From Macrostomum hystrix (Eukaryota; Animalia; Platyhelminthes), in NCBI GenBank assembly GCA_950097015.1, contig CATNEN010000001.1, positions 1,674,001 through 1,738,000 of the forward strand: 64,000 nt of DNA. The letters run 5' to 3'. Position numbers and translations under genes: made by a program. Positions 25,228-38,040 of this stretch are shown in pieces. A model generated the notes under the pieces. That model ran no database searches. It was not told where the DNA came from and saw only the letters and a program-made list of their open reading frames with translations. Numbering within the stretch: position 1 is the first letter of the stretch; the number at the start of each line of letters is the position of its first letter.

Positions 25228-26050
25228 ACTCAGCCATCCTCAATTCCAGGCTGTCATCCTCCATTCGTCGCTCTGTCATCCTCCATTCGTCACTCTGTCA
25301 TCCTCCATTCGTCACTCTGTCATCCTCCATTCGTCACTCTGTCATCCTCCATTCGTCACTCTGTCATCCTCCATTCGTCACTCTGTCATCCTCCATTCGT
25401 CACTCTGTCATCCTCCATTCGTCACTCTGTCATCCTCCATTCGTCACTCTGTCATCCTCCATTCGTCACTCTGTCATCCTCAATTCGTCACTCTGTCATC
25501 CTCCATTCGTCACTCTGTCAACCTCAATTCGTCACTCTGTCATCCTCCATTCGTCACTCTGTCATCCTCCATTCGTCACTCTGTCATCCTCAATTCGTCA
25601 CTCAGCCATCCTCAATTCGTCACTCTGTCATCCTCCATTCGTCACTCTGTCATCCTCCATTCGTCACTCTGTCATCCTCCATTCGTCACTCTGCCATACT
25701 CAATTCGTCACTCTGTCGTCCTCAATTCGTCACTCTGTCATCCTCCATTCGTCACTATGTCATCCTCCATTCGTCACTCTGTCATCCTCCATTCGTCACT
25801 CTGTCATCCTCAATTCGTCACTCAGCCATCCTCCATTCGTCACTCTGTCATCCTCCATTCGTCACTCTGCCATACTCAATTCGTCACTCTGTCGTCCTCA
25901 ATTCGTCACTATGTCATCCTCAAATCGTCACTATGTCATCCTCCATTCGTCACTCTGTCATCCTCCATTCGTCACTCTGTCATCCTCAATTCGTCACTAT
26001 GTCATCCTCCATTCGTCACTCTGTCATCCTCCATTCGTCACTCTGTCATT
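25228..26050. repeat. 22 bp minisatellite (catcctccattcgtcactctgt)
   Basis: Tandem copies visible directly. Confidence 0.95.
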
Positions 26051-27020
26051 CTCGATTGGTCACCATTTGTCACTTTCTCAGAAACATATTTTTAAGAATG
26101 TAATTAAATCATTGATCCCGAAAAATGCATTCCACCGCCCATGACAAAATTCACTATCAAAGATTATTCTACAAATTCATCTTGAGCATCTTGGCACAGC
26201 TTCTGCACTTCATCGTCATCATTGCCTGCCTGCTCGCCCGCCAGTGCTCAGAGCTTCGCTCCCTCTCTCTCTTTCTCTCTCTCTCTTCCCCTTCTATTCT
26301 ATTCAAGCGAATTCCTGATATAGCCGGGGGCCTTTTCACTACGGGACTAATGCAACTTACTATATACTGCTCAATATATTCTCTACTCAGGACTGGAATT
26401 GAGTAGGGAGCGGAACCCAAGAGCAGATGACTTGTTGCACGCTCTCTGCAGTAGCTTTAGTTAAAGTAAAAGTATTATATCGACTGTCTCTGTGTGCTCA
26501 CCGTTGGCCACTGTCCTACCTTTATTATCCAGCCTTTTAGTCTCTTTCTCTTCTTAGCAGAGAACTGAGTCGCTTGAGTTTCTTAGAAGGCAAGCTACGA
26601 AATAAACTTGGCACTTCATCATTTTGGAACAGAATAGACACTAGAGAATGCTGAGCGAGGGAATTTTTAGGAACTAAAACCCAGGGAAAAGAGGAATTTT
26701 TTAAGTGCGCGGCATTCCAAGACACAATGGGGCTGGAAATGTGGGAAGAATGGGGTGAATTGGGAATAATGAGGTGAGTGCAGCTATTGTGCTGGAACGG
26801 GAGGAAAATTTTGAAAATGGGGATAAATGGGAAGTGTGACAGCGGCGAGACAGTACGAGTACGAGCCTAAAGCTACTGACGGGATTTTTAATTGTGAAAT
26901 CGGATCAGAATCCCAGTCATTTTTTAAGTGGCGAATCTCAAAGCCCTCGCGTCTTGCTGACTCAAGTAAAATGCTCATAGCTCGCTTGACGTGTGAATTG
27001 CTGTGTCTATCTGGTAATTA

Positions 27021-27748
27021 AACTGGTGATTTCCCAATCTAACAGGTGATTTCCCAATCTAACAGGTGATTTCCCAATCTAACAGGTGATTTCCCAATCT
27101 AACAGGTGATTTCCCAATCTAACAGGTGATTTCCCAATCTAACAGGTGATTTCCCAATCTAACAGGTGATTTCCCAATCTAACAGGTGATTTCTTAATCT
27201 AACAGGTGATTTCTTAATCTAGCAGGTGATTTCTTAATCTAACAGGTGATTCTTAATCTAACAGATGATTTCTTAATCCAACAGGTGATTTCTTAATCCA
27301 ACAGGTGATTTCTTAATCTAACAGGTGATTTCCCAATCTAACAGGTGATTTCCCAATCTGACAGGTGATTTCTTAATCTAAAAGGTGATTTCCCAATCTG
27401 ACAGGTGATTTCCCAATCTGACAGGTGATTTCCCAATCTAACAGGTGATTTCCCAATCTAACAGGTGATTTCTTAATCTAACAGGTGATTTCTTAATCTA
27501 GCAGGTGATTTCTTAATCTAACAGGTGATTTCTTAATCTAACAGATGATTTCTTAATCTAACAGGTGATTTCTTAATCTAACAGGTGATTTCCCAATCTA
27601 ACAGGTGATTTCCCAATCTGACAGGTGATTTCTTAATCTAAAAGGTGATTTCTAAACCTAACAGGTGATTTTCCAATCTGACATGTGATTTCCCAATCTA
27701 AAAGGTGATTTCCCAATCTGACAGGTGATTTCCCAATTTAACAGGTGG
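27021..27748. repeat. 20 bp minisatellite (aacaggtgatttcccaatct)
   Basis: Tandem copies visible directly. Confidence 0.95.
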
Positions 27749-28245
27749 TTTATCAAAGCTGGCTTTATCAAACAAGAATCATTGTTTTTTATTTTACCTT
27801 TCAATCTAACCATTAGCAAATAAGGTTCAAATTAAAATTTTCTCTATACCTTGTTTCTGTACTTTTGTTTTTCAAAAAAACGCATTGGAATAATTATATT
27901 TTAACCCAATCAAGATCCTGTAGCCTTTTCCTATCTTGTCGATCTCTTTAGCAGATGTTGGACAAGGACACAATATGTATTCCAATTAGTGAAAAATGAT
28001 CGTTTCTTTCATTAAAATCTGCCTTTTTGGACAGCCGATTTAGGCGCATCTCCCAGTTTGGGGAGGGAAGAGGAGCTAAACTTGGGATCTAAGGAAATCT
28101 GATTCCTTCGCATCCTTTCCACTGAATTTTGAGTTCAGATCATTTTTCTTAGCTTCATTAATACTGCTTTTGCAACTATCGAAATGAGTATTATCTAATC
28201 TATGCTCAAATTAAAAATGTTTCGTTATGATTCATTGTTTTTAAG

Positions 28246-28470
28246 AAATCTGGGATTTCCCGGAATCTGGGATTTCCTGGAATCTGGGATTTCCCGGAAT
28301 CTGGGATTTCCTGGAATCTGGGATTTCCCGGAATCTGGGATTTCCTGGAATTTGGGATTTCCCGGAATCTGGGATTTCCAGGAATCTGGGATTTCCACGA
28401 ATCTGCCATTCCTGGGAATCTGCCATTCCCAGGAACCTGCCGTTCCCAGGAATCTGCGATTGCCAGGAAT
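28246..28470. repeat. 17 bp minisatellite (ggaatctgggatttccc)
   Basis: Tandem copies that degenerate towards the 3' side. Confidence 0.9.
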
Positions 28471-29270
28471 TTCAGCAGATTTCGTACTTAAAAGCAAGTT
28501 ATTTAATTTTTCTTGTTTTGTTATAAATGTTACTTTGGTACATAATTGTCGGCTTGCAATGAGATTGGGAAAGTTTGGTTTTGATTGGAATGGTTTTGAA
28601 ATTAATTCGAATCTTGGAACTTGTAATCTACTAGTTCGTTCATTAATCGACGTTGTCAACATTCGATTTATTTAGAAAATTGAATCTATTGACCAGTAAT
28701 GTACTTTTAGTTTTTATATATACTGACAATTTTATGAGAGGAACAGGTGTATTGGTGATGAGGAAAACGAGAAAGTTTTTTCCTGGAGTTGCAACCGATT
28801 TGAATTCTCATAGCTTTGTTCCTCTTTTCTAATATACCAAAACAACTTAAAAGTGCACTCTCTTACCCGCAATGTACATTCGAAGGATTCTTATATGTAC
28901 ATTTTTAGACTACCCTCAAACCCCTTAGTGTACATTGTGCCTACCTCCTTCAACGCACCCAGGGCAGACAGACTGTACATTAATTGAACAGAGCTGATAA
29001 ATGATATAATAAGCAGAGAAAGTGCTCGTGAGGAAAGATGTGCAAAAGTTAAAGACTTATTGCAACGTCGAATAAAGGCTATTAAATTGAAGCTATCGTA
29101 AAAAATAACTAACCTTAACTTGACGTGGGCAAAACTTTTCATTGCGTTAGAAAGGAAGAAAAACTTACTAAATATAATTACTACTGTAGAACAACGCGTA
29201 CAAGGAATTGGCAGCAGCACGCATCAGTAAGACATACACGCAGGTACATACTGAGTACACGCGTGCATTT

Positions 29271-30524
29271 CTAGACAGCCGATGTTAAATCTTCTTCAGC
29301 CAGTGTTTCAGCAGCAGCGTTGGCCTCGGCTGTCGAGCCAGACGGTCCAGCGACGCCTGGCCCCGGTGCCTGATGCTGGCGCTGCATCTGCCACCGATTC
29401 GGACCGCCGCGTCTTATTGACTTATTCTTCCGCTTCGAGTGCATGACTGCGGCCAGGAGACTCAGACCGGACTCAAGCTTGGCGTCTTCTCTCTTCCTAG
29501 CAAACCGGCGCATAAGAATTTCAATCGGCGCCCTGGCGAACAGGCAGCTAATGCAGAGGAAGATGGACTGCAGCGCGTGCAGCATGTAGTACGCGTACCA
29601 AAGGCACAGACCGTCGCAGGCCGGATTTAACAGTAACGAAAGCAGAGCGCACAGCCAGACAATACCGCTGGAGGCGGCAAATTTGCCTAGCAGCAGAAAA
29701 CTGTTGACCGATGCTCGAGTTCGATTGGACAATCGACGCTCCTCAACCATCGAGTCAACGATGCGACCCAGCTGCAGAAGCGGCCACAGGTGCAGAGCGT
29801 ACAGTAGCAGGGCTGGGCCGGCCATCAGGCTAGTGTACGCGGCTGTTACAGACCGTCTGGCGAAGCCGCCTGGTACAGTCGGTGGTGGCGGCGCTGCGCC
29901 CGCACTGCTGCAGTTCCGGTCGCGATAAATGAAAATCAGACTCAGCCTGGAGTATCCCGGATCCAGCATTCGCATCAGAGGCTCCGCTGACGCCCTCCAG
30001 CCTGTCTTGTTGCCCACAGCAACCAGACTGGCGTTGCCGCGTTGCTGTCCGCGCAGTCGATCGTTGTACAAACCAGCCAGCAGCCCGATGCCAACCAGCA
30101 GACAGGCTAGCAGGGCGCACAGACAGAAGCAGCGGGCGAAGCGGCGGCAGCTAAGCACCCGGATGAGCGCCTGGCGTCTCGCTTGACGTCGCTCCTCGCG
30201 CCAGAGCGTCAGCGCCGAGGCGAGGCTGAACGCGGCTGCGAACAGCTGGCACAGATGCGCGCCGGCGCCGCTGACGGCCAGAGCCATCGAGGAAGCCGAC
30301 GGAGCACGAAGGCGCTCCAAACCTCCGGCTAACAGCTGCAGGAAGTTTCCAGCCAAATGCAGCGTCAGCAATGTCATGACGTACCTGCCGTACAGGGACC
30401 GCAGCTCCGCTACGAAGACTGCCAGGCCCCAGTGAATCAGCAGGGCTATGAGCGACACCATCAGGCTGATGACTGGCAGCGGTACTAGACCGTCGTCTGT
30501 GAATACGGCGCTGCCGCCGTTCAT
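29271..30524 (-). CDS. Divergent Methuselah-like/adhesion (class B-like) 7TM GPCR
   Basis: Seven hydrophobic segments with class-B-like motifs: ELRSLYGRYVMTL (ICL1/TM2), HLCQL...TLWR (TM3), PGY (ECL2), GP (TM5), GIVW (TM6), LWY...LHALQSIF (TM7). First ATG at 30524, with an in-frame TGA shortly upstream. Confidence 0.8.
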   Translation of the reverse strand: MNGGSAVFTDDGLVPLPVISLMVSLIALLIHWGLAVFVAELRSLYGRYVMTLLTLHLAGNFLQLLAGGLERLRAPSASSMALAVSGAGAHLCQLFAAAFSLASALTLWREERRQARRQALIRVLSCRRFARCFCLCALLACLLVGIGLLAGLYNDRLRGQQRGNASLVAVGNKTGWRASAEPLMRMLDPGYSRLSLIFIYRDRNCSSAGAAPPPPTVPGGFARRSVTAAYTSLMAGPALLLYALHLWPLLQLGRIVDSMVEERRLSNRTRASVNSFLLLGKFAASSGIVWLCALLSLLLNPACDGLCLWYAYYMLHALQSIFLCISCLFARAPIEILMRRFARKREDAKLESGLSLLAAVMHSKRKNKSIRRGGPNRWQMQRQHQAPGPGVAGPSGSTAEANAAAETLAEEDLTSAV

Positions 30525-31330
30525 TGCGTGCGCGATTTCGTCCGTAACGCTCGTGACAACGGTTCCCAATGGTCAACGGGAGGTGCAGGCCTTGGCCCAG
30601 TGGTGACGCAAAACTGAAATTTCCCTGTCGGACCGTCAGATCCTTCTGTTAATCCGCTTCTGTTACTTTCTTTCTGTTCTTCTTCCTTGCGTGCCAGGTC
30701 GCATTGACAAAGATAAAAACTTTGGAAGACTGTAGAGCTCTTAATCCCTGTCGATTTTTTGTTATCGGGAAATAAGCTACTTACAACTTGCGGCGTAGAT
30801 TAGGACCTATCTCTACTCCACAATGTGGACTCATGCACGGTGTTCTTTTTGACCGCGTGGAGCTGCTGTTCTCAACACGCCCACCCCCTACCGGTCCACC
30901 ATTGGCTGGAGGGTAGGATAGGGGATGCCTTCCTAAATGGGAATAGGATAAAGGAGAGACTGGCAATTGGGAAGTTTATTGGCTGTAAAAATGGTGTGAG
31001 ATGAGGAGGCCCTCGTCCTTTACAGCAAGGGAGAAATCTAGGGGGAAAAAATCCTCACCTAAGGGATAGCCTTGCATTGGTTGGCTATAGTTGAATATAC
31101 ATAATGCAGTAACTTTTAATGGCCAACGTAGGAGAATGTGTCTCTCTTCGTGTCTGCTGTGCGGGCTAAAAATGCATAATTCATAAATTTATATCATTTC
31201 TGCATCGAGGCAGCTAATTTACTAATGCAGTTTTTCTGCTTGTCTTGCTATTATGGAAATCTGCTGGATCGCTGTTAGAAACTTAGATTAGTTAACATTT
31301 GAAACATTAGGCAATTTTTTAACTTGAATA

Positions 31331-31792
31331 TTATTAAAATGGTCCAGATGTGCAGACGATAGCGATGCATCTGAAGGCTGCGTACCGCTGTTCAGTCCAT
31401 GGACTGGGGGACGCCAAACCCACCCTCAATTACCCCCCAACTAATGCTGGTACCCATTCAACAAAAGAACTACCAAGGGGGGAATTCCCCCCTGACAATT
31501 TTTTGTGCTGCACCCGAACGACGCAACGCAACGCAAGCACACGAAACTAAGAACTGGGGCCAACTTTTTGTTGCGCATCTTCTGAAACAAGAATCAAGTC
31601 GCCAGCTCTTCAGACCGTCGAGATATTCAATGGTTCTGGCCGAAGTTCAGATTCAACGGCTTCTTGAGCTGTAGCAACGCAGAGTGAGGTGTCTTGATAA
31701 AGAAAAAATTGTCCTAGTCGGGTTGGGAATCGAACCCCCGACCTTCAAGTCGTGAGTCCGGCGCCCTAACCCCTAGGCTGCAATCCCCTTGA
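31331..31792 (-). mobile_element. tRNA-derived SINE-like element
   Basis: Head ggggattgcagcctaggggttagggcgccggactcacg...ggttcgattccc (A and B boxes), body with gaatgggtacc, short aataat tail. Candidate TSD ttgaata at 31324-31330 and 31793-31799. Confidence 0.72.
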
Positions 31793-32154
31793 TTGAATAC
31801 AAATTTTGTCTCTTGTTCCCAGAATTCCCTATCTGTCCTGTGTATACATGGGACAGCCAGTCAGCCTACACTTGTCCGAAAAATAGGGATTTTATTGGGA
31901 GTTGTCTCTCAAAATCCTAATTTGATCATCAGTATTGTGTAGTAGGAATGGTCAAAATAGTTAATAATTTATTGGATTTTAATTCAATATGCGTAGGCGT
32001 GAAAGAAATACTTTAACGCTTTAGCCTACAATCGACAAAGCCAATATAATTCAAGCCTATACTTATTTTATGCAATCTACGCAAAAGAATAATTTGTACC
32101 TTATAAACGTCGTTTTTTATTTCGAAAACCAATTAAATTTCCGGCTTTTTAATC

Positions 32155-32590
32155 GTCTCATTTGACATTCTACTCAGCTGACATTCTAATCACCTGACAT
32201 TCTACTCACCTGACATTCTACTCACCTGACATTCTACTCACCTGACATTCTAATCACATGATATTCCACTCACCTGACATTCTAATCACCTGACATTCTA
32301 CTCACCTGATATTCCACTCACCTGACATTCTAATCACCTGACATTCTAATCACCTGATATTCTACTCACCTGACATTCTACTCACCTGACATTCCGATCA
32401 CCTGATATTCCACTCACCTGACATTCTACTCACCTGACATTCTAATCACCTGACATTCTAATCACCTGACATTCTACTCACCTGACATTCTAATCACCTG
32501 ACATTCTAATCACCTGACATTCTACTCGCCTGACATTCTAATCACCTGACATTCTAATCACCTGACATTCTACTCGCCTAACATTCTACT
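32155..32590. repeat. 16 bp minisatellite (cacctgacattctact)
   Basis: Tandem copies visible directly. Confidence 0.93.
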
Positions 32591-32649
32591 CTCAAATCCA
32601 CTCGTACATTTCTACATTCTCAACCGAATTCTACTCAAAAATTTTCAGT

Positions 32650-33995
32650 CAACCTCATGATCCCACAGTAAACCAAATGATCCCACAGTCAGCTTCATGA
32701 TTCCACTTTAAACTCCATGATCCCACATATAACTTCATGATCCCACACTAAGCTTCATGATCCCACATATAACTTCATGATCCCACACTAAGCTTCATGA
32801 TCCCACACTAAGCTTCATGATCCCACACTAAGCTTCATGATCCCATAATCAGCTTCATGATCCCACACTAAGCTTCATGATCCCACACTAAGCTTCATGA
32901 TCCCACACTAAGCTTCATGATCCCACACTAAGCTTCATGATCCCACACTAAGCTTCATGATCCCACACTAAGCTTCATGATCCCACACTAAGCTTCATGA
33001 TCCCACACTAAGCTTCATGATCCCACACTAAGCTTCATGATCCCATAATCAGCTTCATGATCCCACACTAAGCTTCATGATCCCATAATCAGCTTCATGA
33101 TCCCATAATCAGCTTCATGATCCCACACTAAGCTTCATGATCCCACACTCAGCTTCATGATCCCACACTAAGCTTCATGATCCCACACTAAGCTTCATGA
33201 TCACACACTAAGCTTCATGATCCCACACTAAGCTTCATGATCCCACATATAACTTCATGATCCCACACTAAGCTTCATGATCACACACTAAGCTTCATGA
33301 TCCCACACTAAGCTTCATGATCACACACTAAGCTTCATGATCCCACACTCAGCTTCATGATCCCACACTAAGCTTCATGATCCCACACTAAGCTTCATGA
33401 TCCCACACTAAGCTTCATGATCCCACACTAAGCTTCATGATCCCATAATCAGCTTCATGATCCCACACTAAGCTTCATGATCCCACACTCAGCTTCATGA
33501 TCCCATAATCAGCTTCATGATCCCACACTAAGCTTCATGATCCCATAATCAGCTTCATGATCCCACACTAAGCTTCATGATCCCACACTAAGCTTCATGA
33601 TCACACACTAAGCTTCATGATCCCATAATCAGCTTCATGATCCCATAATCAGCTTCATGATCCCACACTAAGCTTCATGATCCCACACTCAGCTTCATGA
33701 TCCCTCACTAAGCTTCATGATCACACACTAAGCTTCATGATCCCATAATCAGCTTCATGATCCCACACTAAGCTTCATGATCCCATAATCAGCTTCATGA
33801 TCCCACACTAAGCTTCATGATCCCACACTAAGCTTCATGATCCCACACTAAGCTTCATGATCCCACACTAAGCTTCATGATCCCACACTAAGCTTCATGA
33901 TCCCACACTAAGCTTCATGATCCCACACTAAGCTTCATGATCCCACACTAAGCTTCATGATCCCACACTAAGCTTCATGATCCCATAATCAGCTT
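32650..33995. repeat. 20 bp minisatellite (agcttcatgatcccacacta)
   Basis: About 65 copies. Confidence 0.97.
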
Positions 33996-34606
33996 TACGT
34001 GTCTCTTTTAGTAATGGCGTGCAAACTCTAAAATATATTGGTACTGGACAAGCCTGGTAACTGTGTCTTGAAAATCCCCAATTAAGAAAACTAATTAAAA
34101 TTCAAATTTTTAGTTAAAAAGACATCGAATGGCCAGAATCGAACGCAACTAATCAAACTTGTCAGTTGTGTCAAAATTGAAATAAAAGAAAAGACAACTA
34201 ATTTATTGTCAGTCTATAACTCGATTGGTGCCCTAAAAGTACACAGTAGAACAGTCTGCTTATCATTCAATTGCAAATTTGACAGACCAAATCTACTCAC
34301 AGATTTTTTGGGCAGCAAAATTGTAGAATCAAAGCCAGAAGTTTGTCTGCCTTGACGGACGATGCCAATGAGGCATCGTGGAGGCTGGAATCCGCATTGT
34401 GAGAATTCCTAGTGATAGACAACAGCGGTGCACTAATTAAACTAACTGTTGGGGATTCAGCTCGGCACCCAACCCATTTATCAGTCTCAGGCGATAGAAA
34501 AGTGCCACGGTCCCTGCACAGTGTACTTTTATTTCTCCGAGTAATAGTTTATAGACATATGCTTAGTGTCAATCTTAGCAACTGTCACAATATTTTAGAT
34601 TGCTCA

Positions 34607-37020
34607 TTACCATCCCATCATTACATATCCCATCCCATCATTACATATCCCATCCCATCATTACATATCCCATCCCATCATTACATATCCCATCCTATCA
34701 TTACATATCCCATCCTATCATTACATATCCCATCCCATCATTACATATCCCATCCCATCATTACATATCCCATCCCATCATTACATATCCCATCCTATCA
34801 TTACATATCCCATCCTATCATTACATATCCCATCCCATCATTACATATCCCATCCCATCATTACATATCCCATCCCATCATTACATATCCCATCCTATCA
34901 TTACATATCCCATCCCATCATTACATATACCATCCCATCATTACATATCCCATCCCATCATTACATATCCCATCCTATCATTACATATCCCATCCCATCA
35001 TTACATATACCATCCCATCATTACATATCCCATCCCATCATTACATATCCCATCCCATCATTACATATCCCATCCTATCATTACATATCCAATCCCATCA
35101 TTACATATCCAATCACATCATTACATATCCAATCCCATCATTACATATCCAATCCCATCATTACATATCCAATCCCATCATTACATATCCAATCCCATCA
35201 TTACATATCCAATCCCATCATTACATATCCAATCACATCATTACATATCCCATCCCATCATTACATATCCCATCCCATCATTACATATCCCATCCCATCA
35301 TTACATATCCCATCCCATCATTACATATCCAATCACATCATTACATATCCCATCCCATCATTACATATCCCATCCCATCATTACATATCCCATCCCATCA
35401 TTACATATCCCATCCTATCATTACATATCCCATCCCATCATTACATATACCATCCCATCATTACATATCCCATCCCATCATTACATATCCCATCCCATCA
35501 TTACATATCCCATCCTATCATTACATATCCAATCCCATCATTACATATCCAATCACATCATTACATATCCAATCCCATCATTACATATCCAATCCCATCA
35601 TTACATATCCAATCCCATCATTACATATCCAATCCCATCATTACATATCCAATCCCATCATTACATATCCAATCACATCATTACATATCCCATCCCATCA
35701 TTACATATCCCATCCCATCATTACATATCCCATCCCATCATTACATATCCCATCCCATCATTACATATCCAATCACATCATTACATATCCCATCCCATCA
35801 TTACATATCCCATCCCATCATTACATATCCCATCCCATCATTACATATCCCATCCTATCATTACATATCCCATCCCATCATTACATATCCCATCCCATCA
35901 TTACATATCCCATCCCATCATTACATATCCCATCCCATCATTACATATCCCATCCCATCATTACATATCCCATCCCATCATTACATATCCCATCCCATCA
36001 TTACATATCCAATCACATCATTACATATCCCATCCCATCATTACATATCCCATCCCATCATTACATATCCCATCCCATCATTACATATCCCATCCCATCA
36101 TTACATATCCCATCCCATCATTACATATCCAATCACATCATTACATATCCCATCCCATCATTACATATCCCATCCCATCATTACATATCCCATCCCATCA
36201 TTACATATCCCATCCCATCATTACATATCCCATCCCATCATTACATATCCAATCACATCATTACATATCCCATCCCATCATTACATATCCCATCCCATCA
36301 TTACATATCCCATCCCATCATTACATATCCCATCCTATCATTACATATCCCATCCCATCATTACATATCCCATCCTATCATTACATATCCCATCCTATCA
36401 TTACATATCCCATCCTATCATTACATATCCTATCCTATCATTACATATCCCCTATCAATCCCATTCATCCGATTCTAGCAATCCCTTTTTCCCATCCTTC
36501 AATACACTCTTATGCCATCCTATCAATCCTATTTATCCTATCCTATCAATCCCAATTATCCCATCCTATCCTGTAATATCAATATCATCTTATCCTATCT
36601 AATCAACAACATCTAATCCCATCCTATGAATCCCATTTATCCCATCCAGTCAATCCTATTTATCCCATCCAATCAATCCCATTTATCCCATCCAATCAAT
36701 CCCATTTATCCCATCCAATCAATCCCATTTATCCCACCCAATCATTTCCATTTATCCCATCCAATCAATCCCATTTATCCCATCCAGTCAATCCCATTTA
36801 TCCCATCCAATCAATCCCATTTATCCCATCCAATCAATCCCATTTATCCCATCCAATCAATCCCATTTATCCCATCCAATCAATCTCATTTATCCCATCC
36901 AATCAATCCCATTTATCCCATCCAATCAATCCCATTTATCCCATCCAATCAATCCCATTTATCCCATCCAATCAATCTCATTTATCCCATCCAATCAATC
37001 CCATTTATCCCATCCTACCG
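34607..37020. repeat. 20 bp minisatellite (ttacatatcccatcccatca) grading into a 23 bp unit (aatcccatttatcccatccaatc)
   Basis: Tandem copies. Transition at about 36450-36620. Confidence 0.97.
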
Positions 37021-37639
37021 ATTCCCTCCTATTCCATTTTCGATTGTATCAACAAAAGTTATTTAGAAAATGTTAATTTACATCTGTAGTTGCTAATTTC
37101 CTAGAGAGGTAAAATCTTCGCATTTTCAGTCGCATTCTCCCAAAATTCGTTCTGTATCAAACGACAAAAAAGAGTCTGACATGCAGGCAAGGCTTACTAC
37201 GACTCAAGTTGCCTTTGAGCTGAAGGCCTGCTGTGATTACCAATATTAATCCAGCGACCCTGCATCTCTGTGATCAAGATGGCAGCTAGACTTTTTTAGT
37301 TGCACAGTATCTGGGGATTGGTGGCAAGGCTGGTGAAATCAACTGGAAGGGATAATTCCACCCCAAAGATCCCATCCCTCCAGCTCCAGATCCCCAAGAA
37401 TCCAGCCTGACTCAGGGGCATAATCTTCACCCTGGGTCGGATTAGCCACACCAAAAAAAACTCCCATATAAAAATACAGTGTTTCATGACACAGTCTACT
37501 GACTCAATTATGCGTACGATGAGGCATTTAGTACGATAGCTTGGAGTGCTGATTGTGCCGAGATGAAGTCATTATCTGATCACAGTATCAACGAGCACTC
37601 TGTTACGGAGTAACTTTAATGAAATTATCATACATTCTG

Positions 37640-38040
37640 TTCCGCCTCCTGATTCGATTCTACGTGCCCCTGCTTCGATTCCACCTCCTGCTTTGCATCT
37701 ATTTCCTGCTTCGATTCTGCACACCTACGAGCCGTACTGCCTCAATTCTGCCACTGATTCCACCTCCTTCGATTCCACCTCCTGCTTCGATTCCACCTAC
37801 TGCTTCGATTTTAATCCAGCTTCGATTCCCCCTCCTGCTTCGATTCCACCTACTGCTTCGATTTTAATCCAGCTTCGATTCCGCCTCCTGCTTCGATTAC
37901 ACCCCCTGCTTCGATTCCGCCTTCTCCTTCGATTCCACCTCCTGCTTCGATTCCACCTCCTGCTTCGATTCCTCCTCCTTCAATTCGGCCTGCTGCTTCA
38001 ATTTCCCCTCCTACTTTGATCCTTTCTCCAGCTTTGATTA
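37640..38040. repeat. Degenerate ~18-19 bp minisatellite (gcttcgattccacctcct)
   Basis: Recurrent cttcgatt core. Confidence 0.8.

Noticed and set aside
29439-30576. Antisense and alternate-frame ORFs over the GPCR (also over FAM76, RNMT and MRPS30)
   Set aside because: Shadow ORFs of GC-rich coding sequence with no recognisable motifs.
31717-31788. Possible tRNA gene (CAC anticodon) on the minus strand
   Set aside because: Acceptor and anticodon stems do not pair. It continues into a SINE-like body with a candidate TSD.
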